Of a stretch of 64,000 bases of DNA, positions 14,229 to 38,305 are shown in pieces. Every line of letters starts with the position of its first letter. Position 1 is the first letter of the stretch. The translations under genes and the position numbers were made by a program. Below the pieces are notes generated by a model. That model saw only the letters and a list, made by a program, of their open reading frames with translations. It searched no databases and was not told the origin of the DNA. Source of the stretch: Chrysomallon squamiferum (taxonomy: Eukaryota > Animalia > Mollusca); NCBI GenBank assembly GCA_012295275.1, contig CM022671.1, positions 15,624,001 through 15,688,000 on the forward strand, given 5' to 3'.

Positions 14229-15028
14229 TTGTATCTGTCTTCAGACAACACTATACTAGCAGTGTCTGTCTTCAGACAATACTTTTATACTAGCAGTGTA
14301 TGTTTTCAGACAACATTTTTATACTAGCAGTATCTGTTTTCAGACAACACTTTTATACTAGCAGTGTCTGTCTTCAGACAACACCTTTATACTAGCAGTG
14401 TCTGTCTTCAGACAACACCTTTATACTAGCAGTGTCTGTCTTCAGACAACACCTTTATACTAGCAGTGTCTGTCTTCAGACGACACTTTTATACTAGCAG
14501 TGTCTGTCATCAGGGATACTAGTGTCTTCAGACAACACCTACATACTTGCAGTTTCTCTCTTCAGACAACACCTTTATACTAGCAGTGTCTGTCTTCAGA
14601 CAACACCTTTATACTAGCAGTGTCTGTCTTCAGACAACACCTTTATATTAGCAGTGTCTGTCTTCAGAAAACACCTTTATACTAGCAGTGTCTGTCTTCA
14701 GACAACACCTACATACTAGCAGTGTCTGTCTTCAGACAACACCTTTATACTAGCAGTGTCTGTCTTCAGACAACACCTTTATACTAGCAATGTCTGTTTT
14801 CAGACAACACCTACATACTAGCAGTGTCTGTCTTCAGACAACACCTAGATACTAGCAGTGTCTGTCTTCAGACAACACCTTTATACTAGCAGTGTCTGTC
14901 TTCAGACAACACCTTTATACTAGCAGTGTCTGTTTTCAGACAACACCTTTATACTAGCAGTGTCTGTTTTCAGACAATACCTTTATACTAGCAGTGTCTG
15001 TCTTCAGACAACACCTTAATACTAGCAG
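14229..15028. repeat. Minisatellite, 34-bp unit, about 23 copies
   Basis: Unit actagcagtgtctgtcttcagacaacacctttat (e.g. starts at 14391 and 14425), head-to-tail with no spacers. Confidence 0.95.
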
Positions 15029-15104
15029 GATCCAGATTTCAATAACATGTAAGATTTCAAATAGCAGGTGTGTATTTCAGTCTATTCTCTCTCTGTCTGT
15101 CTAT

Positions 15105-15410
15105 GTACATGCACATTCACACATACACATATTCACATTATAATTCACATATACAGAAACACACACATGTATACACATATACAAATACACACATTCATAC
15201 AAACATAATACGTACATACATACTTATATACAAACATTCATACATATGTACATACGTACGTACATTTATATTCATCCACAAATACGCATACATACACAAA
15301 TACATATATATACACATAGCTACATGCATTTATATTTACATACATACACAAACACGTACAAAAACACAGATGCATCCATACACACACCCACATACAGACA
15401 CACTAAATAC
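15105..15410. repeat. Degenerate (CA/TA)n low-complexity tract
   Basis: Decayed cata/caca repeats that generate the spurious His/Thr/Tyr/Ile ORFs in the ORF track. Confidence 0.85.
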
Positions 15411-16087
15411 ATTTTTAAAAATGTGTCACTCATACTCAAAGCAAAAGGAGATGTTAAAGAAGAATGATGTGAAGAAGACTGGGTCGTGACATCTGTGTTG
15501 GTGTTCACGTTGAGTCTGAATTATCTCGAAAGCAAATACACTTCATCTATCACCGGGCTGTGTAGATTCAATTACCCAGTACATTTGTTGACACCTTCTA
15601 ATAAAGATCTCAGAAGCAAAGGTGCCCCCTGTCTTGTCAATAGCTGACAGCAGTGTGCTTGGAAATAACAATAAAAAATTATGATTTCTTTCTTTCTTTC
15701 TTTCTTAATTTCTTTAATTATTTATTTGGTTTTCAAATGACAAAAGAGAAAAGAGAAGGTGTTTGTATATGTATGAATGTACGTATGAATGCAATGAAAT
15801 CATCAGATAGATAGATAGATATACAGACAGCTAGATAGATATATAGATTATAGACAGATACAATAGTTGCACGTATACGAAAATAAGAACATCTAGAAAT
15901 CGTAAACTATAAAGTTTCGAATCACTAAAGCACGTGTATTCTGTTAGATCGATATATATATATATATATATATGATTATACTGTGATGGACAATCAACAG
16001 ACGAAGCATATCTCACGACAGTTATTTACACAATCACGATCTTTATTCATGAAATCAAATATGTCTGGCGGCTAAATTAGAATTTAA

Positions 16088-16445
16088 TTTCCTGGTTTCT
16101 ACACCACCCAGAGAGTCTGTTTGTTTTTCTTGTAGCTTGAATGAGACTGTGACGAAGTAACAGTTTGTAATACAGTTACTACAGTCCCAAATTAAATTTT
16201 ATTCACAATTATAACCTACAGAAAGATTTCAACTAAATATTCCGAAACCAGTTTTGGGATGTGCTTTCATAAATAAGTTCCTGGTTTCTGTTTATTTTTA
16301 TATTAGTTCAGCTGGAATTGTGACGAATGAACATTTTACAAATAGCTTCAAATTAAATTTTATTTTCCAATTTCAGTCTACAGAAAGATTATATCTCGGT
16401 TCATCTGAATATTCCCAAACCAATTTTTGAATGTGCTTTCATAAA
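16088..16445. repeat. Diverged tandem duplication, two ~170-185-bp copies
   Basis: Both copies run ttcctggtttct...tgtgacgaa...caaattaaattttatt...ctacagaaagatt...atgtgctttcataaa. Confidence 0.8.
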
Positions 16446-17309
16446 CAGATGGTGCATAGAAAATTACTTTGGAAATGCTCGAATTTATTGCCTTTTATAA
16501 AGGTTCTGTTCGAATATTCGATCGTTATAAAATGATAACGGTTTGTCGGTGTCTCGGAATATTTGCAATATCACGTCCATAACAAATAACTGTTTCTTCT
16601 TTTATTAATAACAGCCTCCCAGTTCAAGAAAATTTTATGATTTACGCAACTGCCGACAGACAAATAAATTGATTTTTTTACAGACTAAACATTTTTAGAT
16701 ACTGAAACAAAATCATAAAAAATCAAATGCAGCAGTGATAACGATGATGATAATAATGATGAAGATGATGATGAGATAATAACTATAACGATGATGATGA
16801 TAATAATACCAATGATTATGATAATTATGATTACGTTTAAAATGATTTTGATGATGATGATGATGATGATAATTACATAAGTGGATACGAGGAGGAATGT
16901 TGACAGAAAGACAGAAATAAACAAGTAGAAAAATAAAAGTATTGTGTATTCGACTTCACTCTTTCCCATTAACCGTTTTCATTATTTATTTAATAGTAAC
17001 ACTAATTAGTGATACATAATTAAGGAAATCCTGCACTCTGGCTGAAATCACTACCGCTGATCATTATCGCCATTTTGTTTAGGTTTTTCTGTTAACACTG
17101 CGAACAGCCGTTCTCATAAAAACAACAACATAATAACAGTTCTGCTATTTTCATTTATGGAACAGAAGAAATTCGAAATCATTTAATTATTTATATAGAT
17201 ATTTTTCTTCTTCTTCTTCTTTAAATCTGTGTTGTATTGAATGATAAAAACAAAAACAAAAAATAATCTACCGATCGTTGGAATTTGGTAATTTCTTAAT
17301 TTTGGGCTG

Positions 17310-17374
17310 TATCTTTTACTTATAAATTAAATAAATTAAGTAAATAAATTACCGACCACTGCCATTCAGTAGGT

Positions 17375-17432
<58 letters not shown>

Positions 17433-17534
17433 GCAAAGTAGTTAGTCTAAAAATAAAATAAAACAAATAAATTACCATTGCTATTTTGTAGATTTTGGTG
17501 CTTAGCTACACATATTTTTTGTAGATTCTTTTTG

Positions 17535-17571
<37 letters not shown>

Positions 17572-18260
17572 TATTATTTTTAGTTCTTTATGTACTCTAT
17601 TCTTTCTGTATAATACTATAATCAGTTACGGCTAAAATCAAATAAACTAAATTAATTAGGAAATCATCGACCAGTGCCATTTTGTAGTTTTCTTTCTATT
17701 TATTTATTTATTTTTCATTTGAAGTTAATCGGCATGTACGTTATTCTTTCTGTATAATACGTCAGTTACATCTGAAACAAAATAAATTAAATCAATTAAC
17801 AAAGTATAGACCATTCCCATTTTGTAGTTTCTTGACACTTAGGTATACATTTTTATTTAGCTATTCTTGTTAGATGCATGAACGTTATTGTTTATGTATA
17901 ACAGTATGTCTGTGTGTTCTTGTACGCGTGCGTCTTTGTTTGTGTATGTGTGTGCATGTGTATGTATATGTGTGTGTTTGTGTGTGTGTGTTAGTTATTC
18001 TTTGTGTTTGTGTGTGTGTGTGTGTTAGTGTATGTACACTGTTCTTTCTGTATAATACCATAAATCAGTTACGGCTAAAATCAAATAAATTAAATTAAAT
18101 TAAGAAATCATCGACCCGTGACATTTTGTAGCTTTCTTGACGCTTAGCTGTACCTTCTGTTTACTTATTTATTTTTCATTTGTGGTCAATCTGCCAAGTT
18201 GCATGTACGTTATTGTTTCTGTACAGCTCCATAAATCATACGTTACGTCTAAAATCTGTA
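17310..18260. repeat. Degenerate tandem array (~100-150-bp core) interleaved with (TG)n tracts
   Basis: Recurring ttctttctgtataatac...cagttacggctaaaatcaaataaa...gacc...ccattttgtag near 17600, 17743 and 18042, with partial copies near 17345, 17465 and 18205. Confidence 0.8.
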
Positions 18261-18850
18261 CCAAGTGAGCAAAATCAATACCAATTACCAAAGATTTGAT
18301 CTGCTTACACACGATATTTTATTAGACAGGGATCTCAATGGACAGCTGCTGGTTATTATGGAAGATCGAATGTCTTGCTTCTCCTACATTTTGGGAAAGA
18401 GGACTTCACTCGGAATCGATATATTAATTTCTGTTAGTGCCTATCAGTGGGTGTTATGGAGACGTGCGCAAGGTCAAGGCCGAGTTTTATTAATTCCAAA
18501 CACTATTTACTGTGAAATTAAATAACTGACGACGGATGTGAAATAAAATTTTACTGCTAAATTATAATTTGTTCTATGTGTCTCTTTATTTAGTTATTTA
18601 ATCCGGAGTCGGTCGTCAAGGATATGACAAAAAAAAAAACAAAAAAATTAATTTAAAAATCAGTAGTCAGACAAAAACCATGGATTTGTGATTTAAACTA
18701 GTGTGTCATGTTAATCTGGAATTATTAAAATAATATAATTACTTAATGAAAATAATCGTGCGTTTAAATACAAAAACTCCAGGCCATGCCGTACAACACA
18801 CAGTTTAAGATTTTTAAGTTGATTTACTACAGCAATAATGTTAAATGTTA

Positions 18851-18851
<1 letters not shown>

Positions 18852-18885
<34 letters not shown>

Positions 18886-19074
18886 GCATACATACATACA
18901 TACATACATACATACATACATACATACATACATACATACATAAATACAAGCATACATACATACAAGCATACATACATACATACATACATACATACATACA
19001 TACATACATACATACATACATACATACATACATACATACATACATACATACATACATACATACATACATACACA
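18852..19074. repeat. (TACA)n microsatellite
   Basis: Directly visible; source of the YIHT/MYVC ORFs. Confidence 0.95.
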
Positions 19075-20691
19075 TATAGGTACATTTCGACTATTTTCGT
19101 GTCTAATTTTACAGCGACGCTTGGGAGATATAAAAATAAATTTTGTAAATTAATAAAAATTGTTACTGTTAAATTACGCCGCCCTCTTCTGTAACATTCT
19201 TTAATGACATAACATGAAACATATTGTCTCCATGGCTACCAGCGATCTCGAAACTTCAGCAGCAAACAATATGTTCATCATTCATAATTTGTCAGACGTT
19301 ATTGTCCAGATCTCATTGATCGCAGCCCAAAAGTAGCGACAATCAGCCATGTTAACACACAGAAATAATACGTTATTAATGATCGCTTCTGCAAATCAGA
19401 GTCTTGTTCCACACATCCGAATCATTTAGACATCAGCTGAATATAAAAATAAAAACGTATTTACAAACAGCGACACTGCCAAACGAGGCTGTTTGCATTA
19501 TTTGACTAACGTTTATTTCTGCCCTTATCAGTTATCGATCAGCTTCTAATCAATCAACGGAGTCTGCGTGCGTAAAACTGTGCAAGTGATTGCTTCGTAT
19601 TCAACTACAACGGCAGCAACTGTGTAATATATGCGAGTGGGTTTGGCAGTCACGTTATTGATTGATTTTCAACGTATTTGACTAAGTCAGTTTTATATTT
19701 ACTCTCTCTGCCTGAAGTAATTACATGTAAATAACGTCGCTGATTTAAAAAAAAAAAAAAAAAAAAAAAACCCAGGTAGATTTATCGCAGACTGATGATG
19801 TATTAGTTATTGACATTATTAGTCAGTTTACCTTTCTATCATTCTGTCAATACTTTATTACATGCTGTCAATGTTATTTATTATTTTGTTGTGATACACT
19901 GAAAAAAAAAGTACGTCAGGAGAGTTTTCCTCGGGTTCAGCGAGTCGATTTCTTCCACACCACTCCACTCCCTGTGTTTAATTGTCGCTGCTAACTACAT
20001 ACATTACTTTGTTCTTCGATCCTGCTGAGCGTGAAAAAACCGTGAACCGAACGTTAACGTGTGATTCGTTCATTGTTTCTGACTGATTGGAGATGTCAGC
20101 ACTCAGTTTGGTTCTCTATGTGTATAATTGATGACTGCTGACGTAGGGAAGGTCGATCGATAATATTATAAATAATATCTAATCAATAATAGAAACAGAT
20201 TTTTTTTTCTGCTTCTTTTTTTACAGAATCAAACTGATGATTCGAGTGGGTTTTTTGTTTTGTTTTTTGTGTGTGAGGGTTGTTTTTGGTTGTTTTTTTT
20301 TGCAGATATAATTACCAAAGGCTATCTGCTGGAAATATCAAAGAAAAAAAAAAAGATAGAAAACGTAATGGTGTGTATCGATTGAGTAAATCAGGGAGGG
20401 AAATATCATGAGAGGCTGTTGAGAATGGACGACTTGGGAACAGCCAATGGATCACCCCGAGGCCGAAAATAAAACTTTTTTCACTCCTACTGGTTTCTAA
20501 ATATAGCCATATTACGAACAAAATAAAACCTGTTTTTTTTAACAGAGGTTAAGAAAATAGTAATTTAATTTTAAATATTCTGACCTATGCATGCACATAT
20601 ATATATAATATATATAATATATTAAAGCAAGAATAATAATATCGATGGATGATGATGATGATAGTTTATTATATATGTTTGTGTGTGTGTG

Positions 20692-20692
<1 letters not shown>

Positions 20693-20778
<86 letters not shown>
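20693..20778. repeat. (GA)n microsatellite
   Basis: Directly visible. Confidence 0.95.
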
Positions 20779-20782
<4 letters not shown>

Positions 20783-21107
20783 ACTGACTGATTGATTAGG
20801 CAGACAGTCAAACACACACACACACACACCAGACACAGAGATAGACAGATACAGAAAGAAGCAGACATACAGACACACTCGTAAGTATGCAAGTATAAAA
20901 ATAAAGATAAAGGTAAACAAGAAAACAAAACACTTTAATTACTATTATCTATCTGATATATTTATGTGTCTATACTTCTGTCTGTCTTTAATCTGTCCAA
21001 GTTTATTCTATGTCCTATTATACCTCTGTGCATTTGTGTGTCTGTCTATCAGTCTGTTTATATATATAATAGGTGCTAAACTAAATACCTGTCAAACAAA
21101 CACTCAC

Positions 21108-21549
21108 CTATCCCAGCACCAACGACGATTCTTCCTGACAACAGAGCAAATTTGTCCTTAGCGACTGCCATGGAAATAGAGCCTATCGTGAAAATAAGAC
21201 TGGCGATCATAATAACCGCGCGCCGGCCGAGTCGGTCGTTGAGGAACCCCCCAATAAGAGCGAAAACAGCCGCCGCCCCAACTGTCACGCTGACAATCAG
21301 CTCTTGCCATACAGAGGACAGGTTGAAAGTGTTTCTGATTAATATCATGGCCCCTGAAATCACTCCGGTATCGTATCCGAAAAGAAATCCACCGAGCGCG
21401 GCGAAAAATGTCAAAATGTACAGAAAGACAGGAGTCGTTTTGCTCTCTGGAATGCTGTCTATTTTTAAGTCAATTTTCTCTTCGTCCGAATCATCGTAGA
21501 ATTTGTTGGGTCTCCCCCGGCCTGTGCTGCTGTTACTGACTTTCGCCAT
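21108..21549 (-). CDS. SLC2A13: Proton myo-inositol cotransporter (HMIT/GLUT13-like), paralogue A, first coding exon only; remaining exons not found in the window
   Basis: Translation MAKVS...[17 protein letters not shown]...[13 protein letters not shown]...LNDRLGRR...[10 protein letters not shown] shows sugar-porter TM1-4 motifs. The exon ends at a phase-1 donor G|GTGAGT at 21107, the same position as exon 1 of paralogue B. Confidence 0.88.
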
Positions 21550-21829
21550 GTCGGACAAGACAGTGGTCCTCACCTCACACAAACATCCAGTCTCAGTATG
21601 GCTCAGGGTAAAAATTATCCACAACGCGAACTGCAGTTCTTCGGATCGATCGATAATTGAATGCCATTGGTGTACGCTTATTTAGCAGTTCAAATATTCC
21701 CGCTAGAAGCATCTTTGATCTTTTATTCATCTAAATAAATAATCCTTCATAATTAGATAATCTCGTGCGTGTTGGAGTGTTTTTCTCTTATAAATCTTAA
21801 TCATTCAGCTCAAGGTCAGATGGATAAAG

Positions 21830-22397
21830 GAAAACTGTAACACGGTATATTATCAGTTTAAACCGACCTCTGTATTAGAAAACTCCAACACAGTATATTA
21901 TCAGTTTAAACCGACCTCTGTATTAGAAAACTATATCACAATGTCATCTCTTAAAACAGATTTTTGTATAGAGAACTATATGACAGTATGTCAATTAAAA
22001 CAGACATCTGTATTAGAAAACTGTATCAAATACAGACATCTGTAAACTAGATCACAATACGCTGTCACTTAAAACAGAAAACTGTATCACAATACGTTGT
22101 CACTTAAAACAGACATCTGCATTAGAAAACTATATCACAATACGTTGTCACTTAAAACAGACATCTGCTGTATTCACAATACGAAAACTATATCTGTACA
22201 ATACGTTGTCACTTGTAAAACAGACATCTGTAACTTAAAACAGACATCTGTATTAGAAAACTATATCACAATACGTTGTCACTTAAAACAAACATCTGCA
22301 CTAGAAAACTAGATCACAATACGCTGCCACTTAAAACAGACATCTGCACTAGAAAACTAGATCACAATACATTCTCACTTAAAACAAACATCTGTAC
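21830..22397. repeat. Minisatellite, 48-bp unit, about 12 partly truncated copies, upstream of SLC2A13-A
   Basis: Unit cacttaaaacagacatctgcattagaaaactatatcacaatacgttgt (starts at 22101 and 22149). Confidence 0.92.
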
Positions 22398-24419
22398 AAG
22401 ACAACAACAACAACAACAACAAAATAATCATATATAAATGTGATAGATGTTCAAAAGAAGATTTTCTAATGTCATCATATAAACGAATTTTCTTTGTTTC
22501 AAACTATTACAAGAAAGTTTTCACGTTTAAATAGATAAAAGTTGAATCTTGTAATTGTAATAATAATAAATTTCAGGAAGCATGTATTTTCATGAAACCT
22601 AAACATTTTAATTCACTTGTGTTTATTTGTTATTTTCATTCCATAATTCATAATACAAATTAACATCAAAAATCAGTTAAACAAACAATGTTTATCAGAT
22701 CAAGATATTGGTTCTGGAAACGCAGAAGAAGAAGATGAAACCAAGATATCTGTACACATATTCTCACAAAGTATCATTATTTTAAAAATAGCATGTCAGA
22801 AATATGAAATTATAGGTTTTTCTTTTTTTTTTCTTTCTTTTCTTTTTCCAATTTACTGACAGTTTTCATGTTTTACATCAATTATATATTGCATCAAGAA
22901 CTAGCTTATCGATTCGCTGTGTGTCGCTAATATCACAGTTTAATAAGCAACATCAAAATGCAGATAACATCTAATTCAATACTCCATTAATTTACATTCC
23001 ACAGCAAATCAACACTAATAAATCAATAACACACAATTGTTTATAATAACAAAAATCGACTCATACAAAAAGAAAGACAAAACCTGAAAAAAAAATATAA
23101 TTAAATATTCATTTTGATAATTGGCAAAAAAACATTAAAAAAAAAAAAAAAAAAAATAATAATAATAATAAAATAATAAAAACAAAGCCACCTTTATAAT
23201 ATAAAATAATAAAGATTTAAAAAAAAAACCAAAAATAACTGGTTCATTAATTATTATAACGCAAACAAAGTGGGTGAAAATACACACCCTCGTTTTACTC
23301 TGTTTTCAAAAACTATGAAAATTATATACATTTGATGTTATTATACATCCTCAGTTTCATATAATATCTTAATACAATTATTATATTGTCACTTGAACAA
23401 GAATCGTACTGGATATGCGCATCGATAGATTTTACGGAATACAGAACCCTTTTCTGAAGGTTTATAAAACATGAGTATTATAATCTCATGATTATCTTAG
23501 TGCAAGCAATATTAAAAACCAGTAAACAAAATCCACCATGCAGCTTCCTGTTTTTCTTAAATCTCTGTGGTTCATCGGCAAATATTACTATTCTACAGAT
23601 AATTTATGAAATTCTAATATTTAGCACAATATTAAATTTCCGATTACAGAGAAGCATTACATAATTGTATTTCTCGTTTTAAGCATTTATGATGCTATTT
23701 TTGCAGCCACTGTTCCCGATTCCAATCAAACCCTAATTACAAGTCAATGCACATCGTATTTTTAAATGTTTGGAGAGATATGTTAAGTCAGCAGGACATG
23801 GTTTTGAAAAAGCGGCAGGACACGCAATATCTTGTCTAGTTTACTAGGCGCTTTCAGAAAGTTAGTTATTACTTATTTTTCAATAACTATCACTTCATTT
23901 GTCAAAAATGTTACATGACTAAGTTCTGCTAATCCTATTTCCCCCCCCTCGTATCTATTTGTAGATAGCTTTAAAATGGTGGCCATCTATTTATTTTTCA
24001 AAAAAATATGAATACTTTCATGAATCGACGTTTAATTTTTCAGTTCGGCATACTGAAACAAGGCAAATGAAAACCATTTTTAAGATTACTTTCTGAAAGC
24101 TCACATTCATCTGTGAGAACTTAACACACTGCAGTCTACTGGGATGTAATCTTAGCTAAAAAGCCTGAGCAATCTGCAGTAAGAAGATTATGGCGGAAAG
24201 ATAATGCATATTATTGATAACACTGATAGAAATGTGCTGTATGCGACGTCGTCACGACTACAAAAACTACAACAGAAGATACAAAAAGAGCTCTGTCAGA
24301 ATATTTTTAAACCACTGTTTTGTTGTTATTAAGATTGGACTGTCGTGTAAATTTACATAAAAGAAAATTACGTTTCAGTATTGATTCTAACAGTTTATGC
24401 GATGCTGTACAATCTTCGA

Positions 24420-25578
24420 ACAACATATAACAACAACAGTGGATGATTCCGCCATGCTGGGCGAGACATTCATTAAGTCATCTCTCCCAGTTGTCGTTTG
24501 ATGAAGTATGTTGCCTTCCTTCTTCAGCGCCTAAGTTCTGCTGACGGGTGATTGGCGGTCTTTGACGTTGAAACATCCATCTGCCTATAATGTCCCAGAC
24601 TTGTTCAATAAGGGGAAGGGTAGTAGGGCTCAGTGCTTGACATGGTATATGTTGTGCTGCACTGACGAGTGTGCACGGTGAGCACGGACACTGTCGTCCT
24701 AAAACATCGACCCACACGTCAAGCAAATGGACGTAAAAGGAATTCAGTACATTGTCCCGGCAGTCCTGCAAGTGATCCGTCTTGTATGAAGGGGTTGCAG
24801 TCAAACTGATACCACCGCATATCATAACCGATCTACCGCCAAATATGTCATGAAATCGCATTCTAACGTTGGCATGCCATTCATTCCAAAGTGAATGGGG
24901 ACTCAATAACAAATGAGACCACCAACGAAAAACCCAGTTCTTTCGCTCTTTGTGCCGTTTACGTCTGTGGGCAATATGTTTATTTGTCAAAGTGGCACAA
25001 CCCGGGGCCATCGGGCGTGTAGATGAGCTGCGTGAAGACTGTTTCCAATAATCAGGTCAACTGGACACGAGTTGCCTGATGAATGTTTGCAACAATTTGA
25101 TTTGCCGTTTGAACTCGATTTCTTGCCCTGTTGTTGTTGCCCTGGGCTGTATGAACGGGGTTACCCAACATTGTGTTTTTGTTGGTACCTGTTCTATACT
25201 TTTTGGGGTATTGCCCGTATAGGCCCGTTTTTTGAATGAATAGATAGCAATAGAAGTACATCGACTTGAATAAGCGACATCACCAGTTCAAACAATAAAA
25301 GTGACTACAAACAAAACAATAATCATTGAATAATTAACAGAATGAAAAAGATTGACAGAAATTATGTTCCTCGGTGATTATTCGACCTTCCTGAGTATTG
25401 TCATAATCGAGAATGACACACCACACGTTTCCAGTGCAACAGCAAGATAAACGTGTAAATTATGGACCGCGGTTTGGTGTCTTGATAGACATATCTGAAC
25501 TTTCTTTACTAGGATGTCTATGATAGAATAAATAGTTCATATTAATGTTTCAGGTTACTTACTAATTTTGTAACAGTG
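24420..25578 (-). mobile_element. Decayed Tc1-family DNA transposon with a pseudogenised transposase
   Basis: Fragments in shifting frames: RARNRVQTANQIVANIHQATRVQ, IGNSLHAAHLHARWP, FGGRSVMICGGIS and LSPTTLPLIEQVWDIIGR. These match Tc1 motifs (RNRL..L.ARRP, GGGSVMVWGGIS, SPDLNPIEHVWD). A TIR-like end lies near 25551-25578; the other end was not resolved. Confidence 0.85.
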
Positions 25579-26098
25579 TGTGTGTGTTTGTGTTTGTGTG
25601 TTAATAATTAACAAACAAAATTAAGGCAATCTTTTTTTTTATTATTTTGTTACAAAATTTACATTTCACAGCAAATTATCAACACTCCATCGGTGACATA
25701 ACTGTGTTTAACAACAAAAATCTACTCATATAAAAAGAGACAAAACCTGAGAAGAAAATTGAAAAGAAAAAGTCTGTTGTAATATTTATTTTGATATGTA
25801 TTACAAATAAAATAGTCACTTTTTATAATATAAAATAATAATAATAATAATAACAACAAATTTAATAAAATATCTTTGCCCCTTGATAACCTTTGCTTAT
25901 TTTGCCTTTATTCTAAATCTTTGTGAAAACATTGATCACAGTTACCAGTATTTTACATTGGTGAATAGACAAAACTAATGAATATTTGCTGTTTTATTCC
26001 TTATATCACAGAATCATGGGTGACATGCATACAAAAATAAATAATATACATATTTCTTTTGTTTTTCCCAGCCAGAAAAGAAGCATACAGTTTTGTTT

Positions 26099-37071
<10,973 letters not shown>

Positions 37072-37125
37072 AGCGTATGGTCAACAGTCTATTAGGAAAA
37101 CAAACTATAACTCCTAGCTTCATTA

Positions 37126-37374
37126 GCCATCTTGTGTCACATTGTCATAGCAACTACATCTCGTAACGTTCGAGATAAAACGTTACAGGAAACGTGGCAT
37201 TGCAAAAAATGACAGTCTCGATAACAGAGACTCCACAATCGCAACCATTCATAGTATTCCCGATTTTTCTTTTTTTGTTTAAAATTTTAGATTAATTTAG
37301 AAGTACTTTTTAAAATTCTAATCAAGAAAATAAAAACATGTTAGGAATAAGTGACGATTTTCATTACCGGAAAT
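37126..37374. promoter_or_regulatory. Putative bidirectional IQCA1/BCAP31 promoter with RFX X-box, YY1-like and ETS-like sites
   Basis: X-box-like GTTGCTATGACAAT (reverse of 37141-37154), 70 bp upstream of the IQCA1 ATG; CAAGATGGC (reverse of 37126-37134); ACCGGAAAT at 37366-37374; locally CpG-enriched; the two genes are head-to-head. Confidence 0.6.
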
Positions 37375-38305
37375 CTCGTTAATTCCCGTTTTAAACGAGA
37401 GTTAGACTAAATCTGGATGTGTATGTTTATGTTGTTCAGTTTCAGTTAAGAGAGGAAATTAAAATTGGACGTCTGGGTCTGTACATTTTATAATTAATTT
37501 TATTGCTCCTATGCTTTCACTTGATAAATAATTGAATATTTTTAATGAAGCAGACCGTTATTTATTTATTTTGTTATTATTATTATTATAATTTTTTTTT
37601 TTTTTAAATCCAAGTCTAAGTTTTACGCATATGAATTACTACGAAGATGATGATGATGATGATGATATGTCTATAAATACGATCATACATCAAATGATCG
37701 ACGTGTACATCTGGAATATATTTATATCTTATTTATAGTTAAACTTAATGTAAACAGAGACATATAATTATTTTTATTATCGTTCGATTCATTGTTCTAT
37801 TATTCATTTATTCTTGAATAATTTATTGTCAATAGAAAATATTTAAATAATAAACATGCTATTTTATATATATATACATGATCATATATGAAATAAATGA
37901 CGTGTACATTTGGAATATATTTTAATCTGATTTATGATTAAGGTAAACAGAAATCGACAATTTTATTATTGTCAATAGAATATAGATAATAATAATAAGA
38001 CGATGTCATTGATGATCAATATCATGATGTACATTGGACTACTTCATCAATGCATACTATGATACTTCAAACCTGATATGTGATAAACTAACTTTCATGC
38101 TATCTCACATTGTGAAATATTCATAACTCAAAATAGTGTGTCTGTGGATATCACTTGTAAAACTGTAATCTTAATTTCCTTAAAGATAAGATTTGTAAAT
38201 ATGAAGTTGTTTATCATAAATATAAGTGGTTGTCTCCATAATATCATGAAAGAACTTATAACTATATCCTGTAATAATGTCTAATTTCAGATAAATTTTT
38301 TAAAT

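Noticed and set aside
14229-15028. CRISPR-like array of 34-bp palindromic repeats
   Set aside because: Units are contiguous with no unique spacers, there are no cas genes, and the context is eukaryotic. The reverse-strand CTGAAGA also lacks the GAAA half of a hammerhead core.
15070-15508. His/Thr/Tyr-rich ORFs
   Set aside because: Translations of low-complexity CA/TA sequence.
18711-19194. Repetitive ORFs (MYVC)n and (YIHT)n
   Set aside because: Translations of a (TACA)n microsatellite.
21152-21499. 115-aa + strand ORF
   Set aside because: Antisense shadow of the SLC2A13-A exon.
21830-22397. Second CRISPR-like array
   Set aside because: Head-to-tail 48-bp minisatellite without spacers.
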